Source of the DNA: Geosiphon pyriformis uo1
Lineage: Eukaryota > Fungi > Glomeromycota
NCBI GenBank assembly: GCA_016748015.1
Contig: JAAOMT010000226.1
Location: 62,001-126,000 of the forward strand
Direction: 5' to 3'
Length of the DNA stretch: 64,000 nt
Shown: piece after piece, positions 40,851 through 54,900 of the stretch
Numbering within the stretch: the stretch's first letter is position 1
Layout of the letters: every line of letters starts with the position of its first letter
Made by a program: the position numbers and the translations under genes
Notes under the pieces: model-generated
What the model saw: the letters and a program-made list of their open reading frames with translations, nothing else
What the model was told of the DNA's origin: nothing
Databases searched by the model: none

Positions 40851-41879
40851 ATACTACATAATATTAAGTATTAATAAGCATTAATTAGTTAAAAAAAGCC
40901 AATATTACACTATATTAAACCATCTAAAAAATTTTTATTGGCTATAATAATCACTATACCAGAATTTTAATTATATGTAATTATTTTAATAATTTAATAC
41001 CAATTAAAGATCTATTTTTAAATATAAAAAAATCTAACTTTAATAGTTTTTTTAAATTAATAACTAAAGAACAGAACTATTAATTATATTAACTTAAACA
41101 AATAAAAAAATATCTAAATAGGGCCAAATAAGTTTATAAAAAAATTATCAGCAATATAAACCAAAACTAAAATTGTATATAACATATTAAATAAAAATCT
41201 ACTTATTACTATTGTAATTATTATAACAAAAAAAATACAATTACTCAAAAAAACATAAAAAATAAGACAAAAACCATATCTTGTTTGTAAAAAATTATTG
41301 TTAAAAAAGTGTAATTAGATTGATATACTAAACAAAAAAAGAATATATAATATAACTTGCTAATACATGATCTTTATTTGTAATTTATAAGAAAAAAATA
41401 TTGTTTAAAACAGTATTTGACAAAGCATTAAAAAAACTACAATACTATTTACTTAATAAAAATAATTTATACAATATTATACAGACTAAAATAAGAAAAA
41501 AAAACTATTAAAAAAATATAACATTAAAAAATAACAGCCAAAATAACCTACAAAGTTGTCAATAATAATATGTTTAACTTATTAAATAAATTTCAAAAAA
41601 ACTATTAATGACTATATTTTATTTATTAAAAACAAAAATAGTATTTTATTTAAATTAATACTTATTTTTACAAAGATTATCTTATTTTATACCAAAATTA
41701 GTAATGTAAAAAGTGTCAATATAAAAAAAATTCAGAGAAAAAAATAGAAATTAAAAATTAACAGTACCAAAATCAAGCAATAAATTAATAAAACTTATCT
41801 AATAAACCCAAATTAAAAAAATTTATAGTCTATATCAATCTAGATAAAAAATTAATATATAATATTATAACAATAAAAA

Positions 41880-42240
41880 CTTAGTAATAATATTTAAAAA
41901 AGCTTATTTAACTAATACTAGATTTAATTTATAATATTGTTATCTAAAAGTATTGTAAAAATCAATTTAAAAATAATAGTTAAAAATTTACCCGAAGTAA
42001 TAATTTAAATAATATTATAATTAAGTTTTACAAAAAAAAAATTCAAAAAAAAATAATTAATTCTGAATATACTGAAAATTTAATAGTTTTATTACAAAAC
42101 AATTTAAAAAAACTATATATTATCAAACCAAAAAAAAAATTACACAAGCAATTTTTCTATTATTAGTAAAAATTTAATACAAATAACAAAAAAAACTATT
42201 AGTTTTAAATTTACAAAAAAAATCAAACCAAATTTTGCAG
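41880..42240 (+). pseudogene. Decayed dUTPase domain of element C
   Basis: Aligns by eye with 32930-33310 (..AAAGCTTATTTAACTAATACTAGATTTAATTTA.., ..TTACAAAACAATTTAAAAAAACTATATATTATCAAACC..ATTACACAAGCAATTTTTCTA). Confidence 0.7.
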
Positions 42241-45200
42241 AAATAATAGAAAAAAAAAACATTTTAGTTAAACTAAGTAACCTATTATATTTATATTATA
42301 TAAAAAATAAAAAATAAAAACAATAAAAAAACAATAAAAAAACTTAATATTTAAGTTTTATTTAAAAACTTATCAATAGTTTTTTATAAAACTTACTAAT
42401 TTTTTATTTCAATTAATAAAACTCAAAAAATAAAAATTTCTATTACAAATACCACAAAAAAACTTATTTATATCTTAGAAAATACTATCATTAAATATCT
42501 TAAAACAGAGCTAAAAATACATTAAATACCACAAAAAATTTTAAATTTCTTAAAAATTATGTTTTATTGTAAATTTATTTCAATAAATTGGCAAAAATTA
42601 TTGAAATACTATTAATTTACAACAAAAAAATTGGCCAAATTAAATATTAAATCAATAAATCTTAATTAGCAACAATAATTAAAAACAATAATTAAAAACA
42701 TTAATTTTAAAATATACTAATATATTTTTATAAAATAATAAATTTAAAAGAACCAACTTTGTTAAATACCAAATTTTTATTGAAAATACTAAATTTAAAA
42801 AACAATATACTTATTATATTCTGCCAATAAAACATAATTTTATTAAAAAAAAAGGTCAAAAAATATTAAAAAATAGAATATTTTAATTATTAATAAGCTT
42901 ATAATTTTTATTAGTTGTTTTAATAAAAAAAAAAAACAGAAAAATTAAATTTTACATTGATTATTATAAACAAACAGTAAAATAATTAAAAACTTATATT
43001 CTATATTATTAATTAACAAAATATTCAATATTTTTAAAGAAGCAAAATGGTTTTTTATATTTAATTTGATTAGTAGATACTAATAAGTAAAAATAGACTT
43101 AAAAAACAAACATAAAACAGTATTTATTATACAAAATAACAATTATAAGTTTAATGTAATATTATTTAAATTGATAAATACTTTTATAATATTTCAAAAA
43201 TAAATAAACATAATTTAATTTAAAATTCTATAACAATCTATTATTGTTTACTTAAACAATACAAATATTTTTTTTATCAAAATTTACAAATTATTTTCAA
43301 TATTTATAACAAGTTTTTAAAAGATTAAGATATGTTAAACTTAAATTAAATTTAGAAAAATGTATTTTAGAAAAAATAAACTGGTATTTCTAAAATACAA
43401 TTAAAAAATAAAAAAATAAAACCAAATCTATTAAAAATAGACAAAATAAAAACTTTTTAATATTCTAAAATATGCCAAAAATCAAAAACTTTTTAGAATT
43501 TATATTTTATTACTGCTATTTTGTAGAAAACTTTTTAAATATTGCTAAATTTTTTAATTATCTACTATCTAAAAATGTAAAATGTAAAATTTAAATAGAC
43601 TAAAACACAACAAAAACTTTTAAGTATCTTAAACAAAAGTTTATTGAATTGTTAATAATAATTTATCTAAATTTCAATAAAAAATTTATTTTGGTTACAG
43701 ATATCTTTAAAACTGAACTTAAAGTTATTTTTTTACAAAATAATAATAATAGAAAAAAGCATATAATTACTTATATTAATAAAAGTTTTAATACAATAAA
43801 ATAAAACTATATAATACATAAATTAAAATACTTAACAATAATTTAGAATTATATCTACTTTAATACATATTTATAAAACAAATTTTTTTATATTATTACA
43901 GATTATAAAAGTCTAATTTGGTTAAATAACAAAAAAAAATTAAAAAAAGTATATTAAATAATTACAAATATTAATATTATACAATTATATTATCAAATAC
44001 AAAAAAATACCAAAAATACCAATATTAACTGTTTATTAAGAATAAAATACACATAAAAATTATCAATTTATCTACTATAAAAACAATAAACAATTATTTT
44101 TACAAAAATCTTAATTAATATTTAAAAACATTACAATTAAATAAAAATATATTAATAAAAAAACTAATTAAGCTCTAAAAATTATCAAAATATTATTTTA
44201 TTTAAAATCATATATTTTATCATTAGAATTAACAAAATTTAGATTATCTATTAAAAATTATAATTACAGATAAAAAAAAACTATTTTATTTAATATGTAT
44301 TTAGATATTTATTCAAATTATTTTAAAAAAACAACAATTATTTAATATTTAACTAATTATTATTATTAGCCCAAAATAAATTCAGATATAATTTAATACA
44401 TAAAAAATTGTAATTTATACCAATAAAAAGATAAAACAAAAACAGTTAAATTATTAAGACCAATAAAAATAAGACAACTATTTAATAAAATTAGAATTAA
44501 TTTAGTTATATTATTATTAATAACAACAAAAAATAATTATTATGCAGTAATAATAAATTATTTTATCAAATAGTCAGAAGAAAAATTATTAAAATAATTA
44601 ATGCTATTTTAATAGCTTAATTTGTACATAAAAACTTAATTTACTAACATAAATATCTATAAAAATTGCTATTAAATTAAGACACATATTTTATAAATAG
44701 CATATTAAAACAGTTTAGACAAAAATTTAAAATTAAACAGCTATTATTATTATTATATTACTTATATATAAATAAATTAGTTAAATAGTTTAATTACATA
44801 TTATGTAAATTATTAATCAAAATTAGCAATAAACATAAAAAAAATAAGATTATTTATATTAATAATACTATTAGTATATATAATATTAAAACAAAATATT
44901 ATACAATTTATATTATTTAAGTTAGTTTATTAAAAAAATCATATTATTAATTAAACTTACTATTTTAATATATTTAAATATCATTATTAATAAAACAATA
45001 TTTTATAAAACACTATTTAAAAAACATATAAACCAATAAAAACTTTAGAAAACAAAAAAAAAACAACACAAAATATTAAATAATTACCAGAACAATAAAA
45101 AATAAAACATAATAACCAGTTATTTAATAATATAATTAACTATAAAATTAGAAACAAAATATTGTTGAATTATATTAAAACTAAAAAAAAATAAAGTAAA

Positions 45201-45764
45201 AAATTTAATTACAAGTAGAATAAACTATTTTATATTTATAAAATACTTAAAAATAAAGCATATAAATTAAAACTAAATGAAAAAATATTAAAAAAACAGT
45301 ACATAGTAACTGGTTAAAATTATATTATAGTAAGCCAATAATAATAACACAAATATTCAGAATTAGAATACAATTATTATTAGTATTATTAAATTAAATT
45401 TCACAAAATTTAGAACCAATAGTTTTAATTAAATATTATTTAAAAAATAATTAATTTTAGATCACTTCAAAAATAACTTAACAAACATAAAAACTTATAT
45501 AAAAGAATCTAAAACAGCAATCAAAAATTAAAACAATAATACTTTTTCCAAAAAATATTAACAATATAACTTTACAATTAGTTAAAACTTACAAAAATCA
45601 AATTTAGATATAAAAATTACAATTAATAATTCCAAAATAACATATATAAAAAGAATAATAAAAAACCCAAAAACAAAAAAAGAACATAATTTTAAACACA
45701 ATATTATTTAAGTAGAAAAACTGATCAAAAACTGTTAAAAAAACGTAATTAGTATATAAAAACA

Positions 45765-45905
45765 CAAAATAACATAAAATAATATAAAATAATATAAAAT
45801 AATACAAAATAATACAAAATAACATAAAATAATACACAATAATATAAAATACTACAAAATAATTAATAATAACATAAAATAACTAGTTATAATACAATAA
45901 AATAA
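45765..45905 (+). repeat. 10-bp minisatellite (AAYAYAAAAT)n in the 3' region of C; a related array at ~615-666 and 7577-7640 is split by A1
   Basis: Visible 10-bp periodicity; both arrays share the flanks AAACGTAATTA upstream and AAATAACTAGTTATAA downstream. Confidence 0.75.
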
Positions 45906-47092
45906 AACAATAATTAATAGTAATAGGCAATTAAAAGCAAAAAATATCTATAGAAACAAGTAGTTTTAGTAAATAAATAAAAACAGACAAAAATTGAATT
46001 CATCTTAACTCATATTTTTAATTTTTAAAACAATTTTTTTTCATAACACAAATGTAACCTAAGTGTGATGACTATTTTTTATATTCTTTATTAATTAAAA
46101 TAAAATATTGTTATTTAATTCTTAAAACTTTTATAAGTTAAAACTTATTATTAAAATCTAATTGTCTGTTTTACTTATTTTTATTTTAGACCAAATATAA
46201 TTAACATAACTGCTTTTAGAATTTTAATAACTTAAATAAATTGCTCTTAATTATAATAATTAATAAAATACTAATTTTTTTTTGTATAGAATAACAACAT
46301 TGAAAATTAATTGTTTTAGAATTAAACTTTATAATAGTTTGGTAAAAAAAAAGTTTTTTTTAAGATTAAATATTAATTTTATCTTGTTAATTTATTAGCA
46401 TAAAATAAAACACAACTATATTAATACAATTGTTAAAACAACATCTCTATGCTTTATAACCAAAAAATTCAATAAATAAAACTTTAAATAAAACTGATTT
46501 TCAAAAACTAATAGATTGTATTACTAATAAAACTTATTTTATAAAAGACTATTAAATAATCTTTTAAATTAAAAAACTATTTTTATCTTCAAATTATAAA
46601 TATTAAACATTATGCTTTTATTTTATTAAGTTTATTTGTAATAATAGCAACAAGTTTATAAAAGAAATATAAATAAAAAAATTAATACCAAATATATTTA
46701 ACAACTTAAAAACAAAATTTCTGATTAATTATTGTTATTATTAGCTTAAAAAACACTTAAACATATAAGTATTATACTCAAAAAACTCAATTAGAGTATT
46801 TAATAAAACAACAATTTACTAATTAAAAAAATTTATTAAAAAAACCAACAATATATTTTATTTAAAAGCAGTTTATAAAATTTTTAAAGTATTTAAAAAC
46901 TGTTACAAAATATTATTAGATCTAATTATAAACATAATAACTATTAATAATATTAAATAACTTATTAATTTACAATTTTAAGAATTATAATAATAAATTA
47001 ATAATACAATATTAAATTACTATAATAACTTAAAATTTAATAAAAAAATAACTTCAATTTTAATAGAGCTTAATTTTAAAAAGAAAGAATAA

Positions 47093-47924
47093 TATTATGA
47101 TTTAAAAATTTAACAAAAAATTATAAAATAATATAAATTATTCAATTATAATATAGCATAATAATTATTTTAAAAAAATAATAATTAACATAGTAATAAA
47201 TAATATTTTATAATAATAACAAGTACTAATTTGTAATAATAATAAATATTAATTAATAATAATAGCAAACATCAAATTGAAATATTAAAAAAAGTATTAC
47301 AATATGTTTTTTTGTAAAACTGTAAACATATATATATATAATAACTTTAATATTAAAAAAAACAACAATTTATTTAACATTTTAATCTTATTAAACTTCA
47401 ATTTTTTACTTTATTATTTTTTAGCTTTTATTTTAAAAAAATATTTAATTCAAAAAAAAATAAAAAAGTAGATTAAAAACTGAATTATTATAATTAAAAG
47501 TATTAAAAAATTTACTTGTATTATCTATTAAATAAAATTATTATTTATCAGCTGAATTTTTTGGAAGAATAATTTTTAATTAAGATTATTTATATTATTA
47601 CAAATTAACAAAAAACTTTATTGTAAAAATTAAGAAAAGCACTAAAAATTATCAATATTTTGTGTTTTTAAATTAAAAAAACACATTAAACAATTACAGA
47701 AATAGTCTTAAAAAAACTCCAAAACAGCAAATAAATTTTAGTTTAGTCTTTAAAAAAGAGTATATAAACATATATATAATAATTAAAAATTGAAAAATAA
47801 CTTATATTGTAATATTAAAAAAATTAGTATTATTATACAAATAAAATTAAAAAATTTATAAAAAACTAATTGCAATTAAAACAGAATATTAACATTTAAT
47901 ATATTAAAAAACTATTTTATAACA
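47093..47924 (+). repeat. 3' LTR of element C
   Basis: Preceded by GAGCTTAATTTTAAAAAGAAAGAATAA, similar to the PPT region of B; ends TTATAACA; second copy at 40001-40850. Confidence 0.78.
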
Positions 47925-48930
47925 ATACATTAACAACTAAAGTCTAAGATTTGCTTCTAAAAACTATTAAATATAAGATAATAACCAATTTTCTTACATA
48001 AATTTTTACCAATTAAACTGATTTGAATTTAATAATAAAATTTTTTTTTGCTTAACAATTTATTTATTTGTTGTTAATCTACAATTAATAAAAATATGAC
48101 AAAATTTATTACAAGTTAAGCAAATTATTAAAATTAAATAGAATTAATAACAATATTTTTTATAATTAAAACTATTGTTATAGTTTTATTCAAGCTGTTT
48201 TCTAAATTAAAACAAATACACTTAATATAAAAATAGTTTACAGAATTGTAATTAATTATATATGTTTTTTTACTAATCAAATCAATAAAATTTCAAAAAT
48301 TATAAACAGTTGTGTTTATTAAAAAAGTATATAACAAAATTTTATAAACATTTTTAATATTCTATAATTGTTTGTTTAATATCTGTTTTAATTATATAAA
48401 CAATATTTTTTCTAATTAAAATAAACTATTAAGATGTTAAAAGATTAGTTTATTCTTAATTATCAAATTTTATTATGGCTTTTTATTATAATTTTATTAA
48501 TTGTATCTTAATTAACTTAATAATATTATAATTAACTAATATAGTTTATATAGTTTTTATTAATGTTTTTATCAAAATTTTTTTTATAATTACTGTTTAA
48601 TTTGTGCAATTGTTTACTGGTTTTTTAAAATTAGTGTTTATTATAATATCTTAATTATTTTCTAAATTTACTATAATTATTATTACTTTTTTAGAAATAA
48701 AGATATTTAGATTATCTTTTTAAATTTTGAAAAAATAAAAACTTCTTCAAAATTATTCACATTAAAAAAAAAATTATAATGATTTTTAATTTATTTTAAG
48801 ATAATTTTTAGTTATTGTCAAAAAATTAATATTCAAAGCAAAAGATTTTTAAATTTTTTTTTTAATATTTAATGAATAAGATTTAAATACTACCTAGTAC
48901 AATACATTATATATAAATAATCTAAACTAG

Positions 48931-48970
48931 ATGTAAATCATGCATTTTCTATATGTGATCAGCCACTTAA
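48931..48970. repeat. Decayed copy of the CACGTGACCAGCCAC-TTAA motif abutting the LINE 3' end
   Basis: ATGTAAATCATGCATTTTCTATATGTGATCAGCCACTTAA differs from 18406-18440 mostly by transitions. Confidence 0.75.
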
Positions 48971-51900
48971 GCTAATTAAGACAACACTAAGCACTTATAT
49001 AAACTAAAATCAAGTTGTCTATACCTGAAAAAAACAAACAAAATTTATATAGTCTAAAACTAACACCAAAAACTTTAGCAATATCCAACAATTTAATCAT
49101 ACCAGCCAAAAGCACCAAAGAAAGTCCAACAATTAAGACTGGAATAGATCTATTATGTGAAATCAGTCAATTTTTTTCTATAAAAGCCCAGTATTTAGCA
49201 TGGGCCAATCAGATTTCATCTCAAAATGCAAGACAAAACTTGCACACAAAGTTCACAATTTTTTGGTCTGCAATTATAAAATCCTTGAAAACAGAAAAAA
49301 AATCCCAATATTAATTATTAAAACAAAACTCTTACACAAAACTACACACACTGTAATATTAAAAACACAAAAAAACAATAACTGTAACACACATAAAAAG
49401 AAATGAGAAAGACCAGAAAGCATCTCCCAATCAACCACATGGGTGTCTAGTAACTAAGCATAAGCAGCAAAGTTAAATAAACAAAAAAAAGCATGGTTCA
49501 AGATTTCAACATTTTTACAGAACAAACACACTATACTGGGATAACAACTATTATACAAATGCTTATGAACAGCAACAGAGAGCTGGTAATACAAAGCTTT
49601 TATAAAATATGTGCAAACACCAGCAGTATATCTGTTAGTGAAACTGGTGGCCAGGTAGAAATCAGAGTATAATACTGAGAACAATATAAACCAATTAACA
49701 TCTACATACAAACTGTTTGCCACAACCCAAAAATCAGAACCAACCTTCCAGCACACATAATGAACAAAGCAAAACATATTACAAACAAAATATTTAGAAT
49801 TATCAGAAACAATACTATCATCAGTCTTGATGTAACATTCTTTAATCTGAAGAGAAGGGTAGTGATCAGAAAGAAAAGCAGTCTTCATAAACACATCAGC
49901 ATGTTTATTGCCTGGAACACCAGAATGATTTTTCACTTTATGCCAGCTGATATCCAAATTCTTTTCACAAATAATGTTTACAATATAACAATATTTGACC
50001 CAACACCTGTTTTGGAAGTCTGAACATATCAAACCCAATTCCAATTTGCAAGTGTTCAAAGCAGCTTGGCTGTTTGAGAAAAGCCAAATTGAACTAAAAG
50101 AAAAGACACACTCAAGTATCAGCAAAATAGCCTGCAATTCTGTTATAGTAGAAGACATCAAACCAGAAACTCCAACACCTAAACCATAATTAATATCCTC
50201 AAAAAAAACAGCCACACCTGTTCTTATGTTAACAGTTCTCAAACCACACAAAGATCTATTCATATAGACAAAAAAACAACTAACATCAACACCCAACAAA
50301 TAATCATAGACAACCCCAAATTCATGAGAACCAAAAACACATAATAAGCCAATATTTTCTAAGAGAGGAGAACAAACAGAAAGAAAAACCATACCATTAA
50401 GAAAACAAATTGAAAGCTCAAACCAATTAGGAATTGGGCCACATAAGTCCAATCTTTTCTACTTCTTAAAAGTTTTTTAATCAAAGATTATACCAGTATG
50501 ATTGTAAAGTTGATCCACAAAAGCAATCTTATACTGCCAAAGTGAAGAAGTATACTTAAAATACATTAACTTACCAAAAACAAGTAACACAGAAGTATCA
50601 CTTTGAAAATAAAAAGCATTGGTCATAATATTACCCAAAGACAAATTATATCCTAGAAAAATATGGACTATACCAGCCAAGAAATTATTTGATAGATTAA
50701 CATAAATATGAGCCAAAAAAAGCAAAGAGTGGCATAAATGCCAGTTAAGAACCTGCAGATTATGTAATCTATGTGCAAAAAAATGATCCAAAACCCCAAT
50801 AAAATTTGCAAAATAAACAACAAAAGCCAACTTGCTTTCTGCTTAAATCTGTTCAAAAGGTTTTAAATCATATAAAGAGGAGTAGTATATTGTATTATTA
50901 GAAAAATCAAGCAGCAGACCAGATTTGGATTTTAAGCCTTTGCAAATAAGAGTATTCTATTTATTACACACTAGTGAGAATAAAACTGAATTGAGTTTTG
51001 TAGTTAATAATGGAATGAAGAACTGCTAATACCAGATATAAAAACTGTTTATTAAAAATTGTTTTTCTTAAAACAAATTTGGCAAAAAACTGGATATCCA
51101 AATGTGCCTTAGCCAAGTTAAGCTTCAGAAGATAAAAAAATGCCCAGATAGCAATAAAATTTTCTTTTTTTGGCAATAGAAATAGACATGTCACTAACAG
51201 ATAAAGATGGGCTTGCAACTCTACAGTTAATAAAAATAACTACTGTCTTATTATTATTTATAGAAATGTTATTGATCTTGAAAAACTCACTACTAATACT
51301 GAGGATATGCTGTATAGCAACTTGATTATTACCAATTTAGATTGTATTATTGACAAATGCACCAATAACAAAAAAAGTGGTCAGTCCAATTTGAGATTCT
51401 GCTTGGCCAGTTTTGGCAACATAATAAGAATTCAGCCTATAATCACACATGTTTTCTTGTTTTTTGACCTCACACAAAAGCAAATTATAAAATATGTATC
51501 AAAGAAGAGATAAAAAAACTTTCTCTTGATCCAACCTATTGTAAACTTAATAACCACTAGTCAAACCAAAATCAGTTATAACTCTGTTAATCTGATTATT
51601 ATAAATACTACCAAAAAATTTAATAAATTTGCCATATATTTTAACTTTAATCAAACTTTTCTTAAGATGTTTTTATTTAACAGAATTATAAGTCTTACAT
51701 ATGTTCTGCAAAACTAATTACAGTTTATGATTCTTTTTTAAGGTATTTTTTATTACCAAACTAATAGCAAAGATAAGGGATTGTGTCATTGTACTCTTTA
51801 AAACAGAAAAATTATCTTCATAGAGAACATTAAAAGTACTACAAGCCAAAAAAATTCTGTCTAAAAGAATTTTAGAAAGAATCTTATGAGCTGTCTCAAT

Positions 51901-54900
51901 TAAAGCTATAGATCAAGTATTTGTAAGAGCACTTTTCTATTCATATAGTTTGGGAATTATTAAGATTCAAGCCTCCTTCTAAAAGCCAGACACTAACTTA
52001 CAAGTCAAACAAAAGTTCAAAAGCATCAAAAGCATATTTAAAACAGACTTGTTACAATGCTTTTATAATTTATTTGAGCCAGAGAAACTGGCAGTCTTTC
52101 CATTAGACAAAGCTGAAATTACATCAAACATCTTATTGAAACTGATCATACACATCACATTTAAAAAAACATTATTAAAAACGTAATCTAAAGATTAATA
52201 CTGATGAGACCAATCATTAAAGAGATTTGTAATCACATTATACTTTCAAGTTCAGTCTTCCATAATTACATCCACTTTTGCCTTAACCTAATTAGACTTC
52301 AGAATCAGTTCATTATTAATGACCAGATGGTTTAACATTACTTTGTAAAAAAGATGCTCCAATACACTCCTGATAGTACAACTCTTATTCAATTCAAAAT
52401 CCTCTATTCTTTTATCAATTGCTGCTCTAATTTGAGACTTCTTAGCACATTTCAATTTCATCATCTTAGACAAGTGATAAAACTTCTTAATTCTAGTTAG
52501 AATGGACTTAATAATATTAAAATAAGACTTCGAAAAAAAAAGAAACTTCACCACAAAGACATTAACAGTATCAAGACTATTTTATGTATCTAACAATAAT
52601 GTAAACTTGTTATGAAACACCTGATAAAAGGCCCTAACAATTTTAGACACCAAAAGTTCCAGTTTGTGAAATTTTAATGACTCCTTAGTATAAATACTGT
52701 CATATTTCTTGAATTATTTTTTTTTAAAAACTCTTTCAGTTAACAAACATACTGTCTTGCGAACAACATTCCACATTGCATCCAAATTTGAGAGCCCTCT
52801 AAATACACAGAATTCATTAGAAAACATAGCTGCATTTACTGCCATAGTATTCTTGAACTTAGCTCATTTGGCATTATTAGTGTCTTTAAAATTAAATTTC
52901 CAATAATTCTTGTTTGTTTGTTTGCAAAGAGAGTGTGATTGTGTATTCAATAACTCACTCAAACCTATTGATACAGAAACAGCCCTATAATTAGTATCAA
53001 AATATTTACTAATAGACAAAATATTGTAACATACTACTGCATTAACCAAGTTTGAAGAAACAAACATATAATTAATTGTTTTTTTAGTATTTTTTGAATT
53101 CTTCTATGTATGATTTTTCTCAACCAAACTTCTTGACAAAAAATTGACCAAACCCAAATTATGGTGAATAACCTTGCTAAACAAGCAGATGTTATTTAAT
53201 GGCACAAAAATATAAACAATTTAATTTTAATTTTTATAAAAACAAAGCTAAAAGAAAAGGTTTGCTTATAAATTGTTAACAAATTTGATGATATTTAAGT
53301 TTTTACTTCTTGTTTAGACTCTGGTTACTTGGGTTTTGATGTCACAATTGTTATGAATATCTCTTTAGCAAAGCATATGTGTAAAATTTTTGAGATATCT
53401 GGTTAGCTTCTTTTTGTTAAGCTTCTTTTTAAAAATAAACTTTTTGTTTTGATTTTAGAACTTTATGTTAGAGCCTCCATGACAGTTTGTTTTTCTTAAG
53501 TTGATGTGATCAATTTTCTAATAGTTAAGATTATTAATGAATCTTTTTTTGTTATTCTAGGTGGCAATTTCAATGAAGATGATTTGCACAAGTGTGTTAG
53601 TTTCAAAAAATGTGTTTTTTACATTTTATGTAGCCACTTTTCAGACAAATTTAATTATTAAGGAGAACAGACAACAGGTATCAAACCAGCATTATTCACT
53701 TTAGCTATTAAGTCTATAACAGTAACTAAAAGATTGTTTAGAGTTATCTCCAATTTTGAAATAGTCAATTGATCAAAAACTACTGCTCCCATATTAGTTC
53801 CACTACTAGTGGCCACACTTGAATCCTTACTTATCACTATATCTATCCCTTGATTTTGTAATGAAAGAGTTACTAACAGCTGACATTCAAGACTAGACTG
53901 GGAAATTATTAGCACAGATGTGTCCAATCTTTTAGCCAGCTTGTTAATGTGTTCTGTAAGGCTAACAAAACTGTGTTCAAGAGTGACAAACCTATTATTC
54001 AAGTCCATAGATACTAGTGAAATAGGCTTTATCTCTAAAAAAAAGCCAAAGCTCAAAGAGCCATTATATACAGGAAGAAGAAAAAAAAAGATCCACCAAT
54101 GATTTTTGCTCAAGAGATACCACTAAAAGAAACAGAACAAACAATCAGTGCCAAAAATTTGGCATAAATAAATGCCAGTCTGCTTTTATTTTTTTCAGAT
54201 AATATCTTACAAAATAAACACCAAAAATTTTTTTTCTACCAAAGATGCAGCTTAATAACATATAACCAAACTTCTTACACTTGGCACATTTGGCTGAATT
54301 TAGACAAAACCAGTGCAAGTTAACATTCCTCAGCACTGGTGTGATTTCTATGACAGCATCCAAAAAGTTGGCAAAATCAAAACAAATAGTAATACATCTG
54401 GCTGAGGCATATATAGCTGGATAATAATTGATGATGTAAGTCTTTCCATTTACAGATCTAATAAAATCCCAAATGTTATGAGCATTTGTGTCTACAGACA
54501 ACATGTAAAACAGCATCTTATGATGATCTTTAACATTTCATGATTTTTGTCTAAATCTGCTTTAGCAATATGTATAGCACTTTTTCTAATTAAGATAGAT
54601 TATTTGGCCACAACCAAATTAGCATAATCTGAATGTTTAAATTCAACCACAGCTTTTTGCTAGAGTTCCACCAATTGTATTTTGATTGACTTAATTATTT
54701 CAAACTCAGACAGTACAGCACACACAGCCTTAGCCAACATTCCAACTGGAATTTTTTTTACCACCATAGTTTGATTTGAACACTTAACAGATTTTTTGAG
54801 ATTGGTATTTACTAAGATTTTTGCATTATTTGTCTTCTCAGTAGTCTAAACTAAGCTGGATTCAGAAGTGAATATTACTCTAATAATCCCAGCAAATTTT

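Larger units (their letters stand above)
19350..47924 (+). mobile_element. Old, heavily decayed Gypsy element C (relative of family B) hosting A2 and other insertions; 5' LTR not found
   Basis: Collinear with element B: gag ~19350-20750; protease split by A2 (21420|39078-39320); Cys-rich region ~41100-41700; dUTPase ~41880-42240; RT ~42780-43450; RNase H ~43600-44050; integrase ~44250-45330; 3' ORF; PPT; LTR 47093-47924. Confidence 0.75.

Noticed and set aside
45604-45837. Hydrophobic 77-aa ORF
   Set aside because: It is a translation of the 10-bp minisatellite on the minus strand.
53625-53645. TAGCCAC resembling the recurrent motif
   Set aside because: It is the KVAT codons at the start of LINE ORF2 on the minus strand and lacks the CACGTG context.
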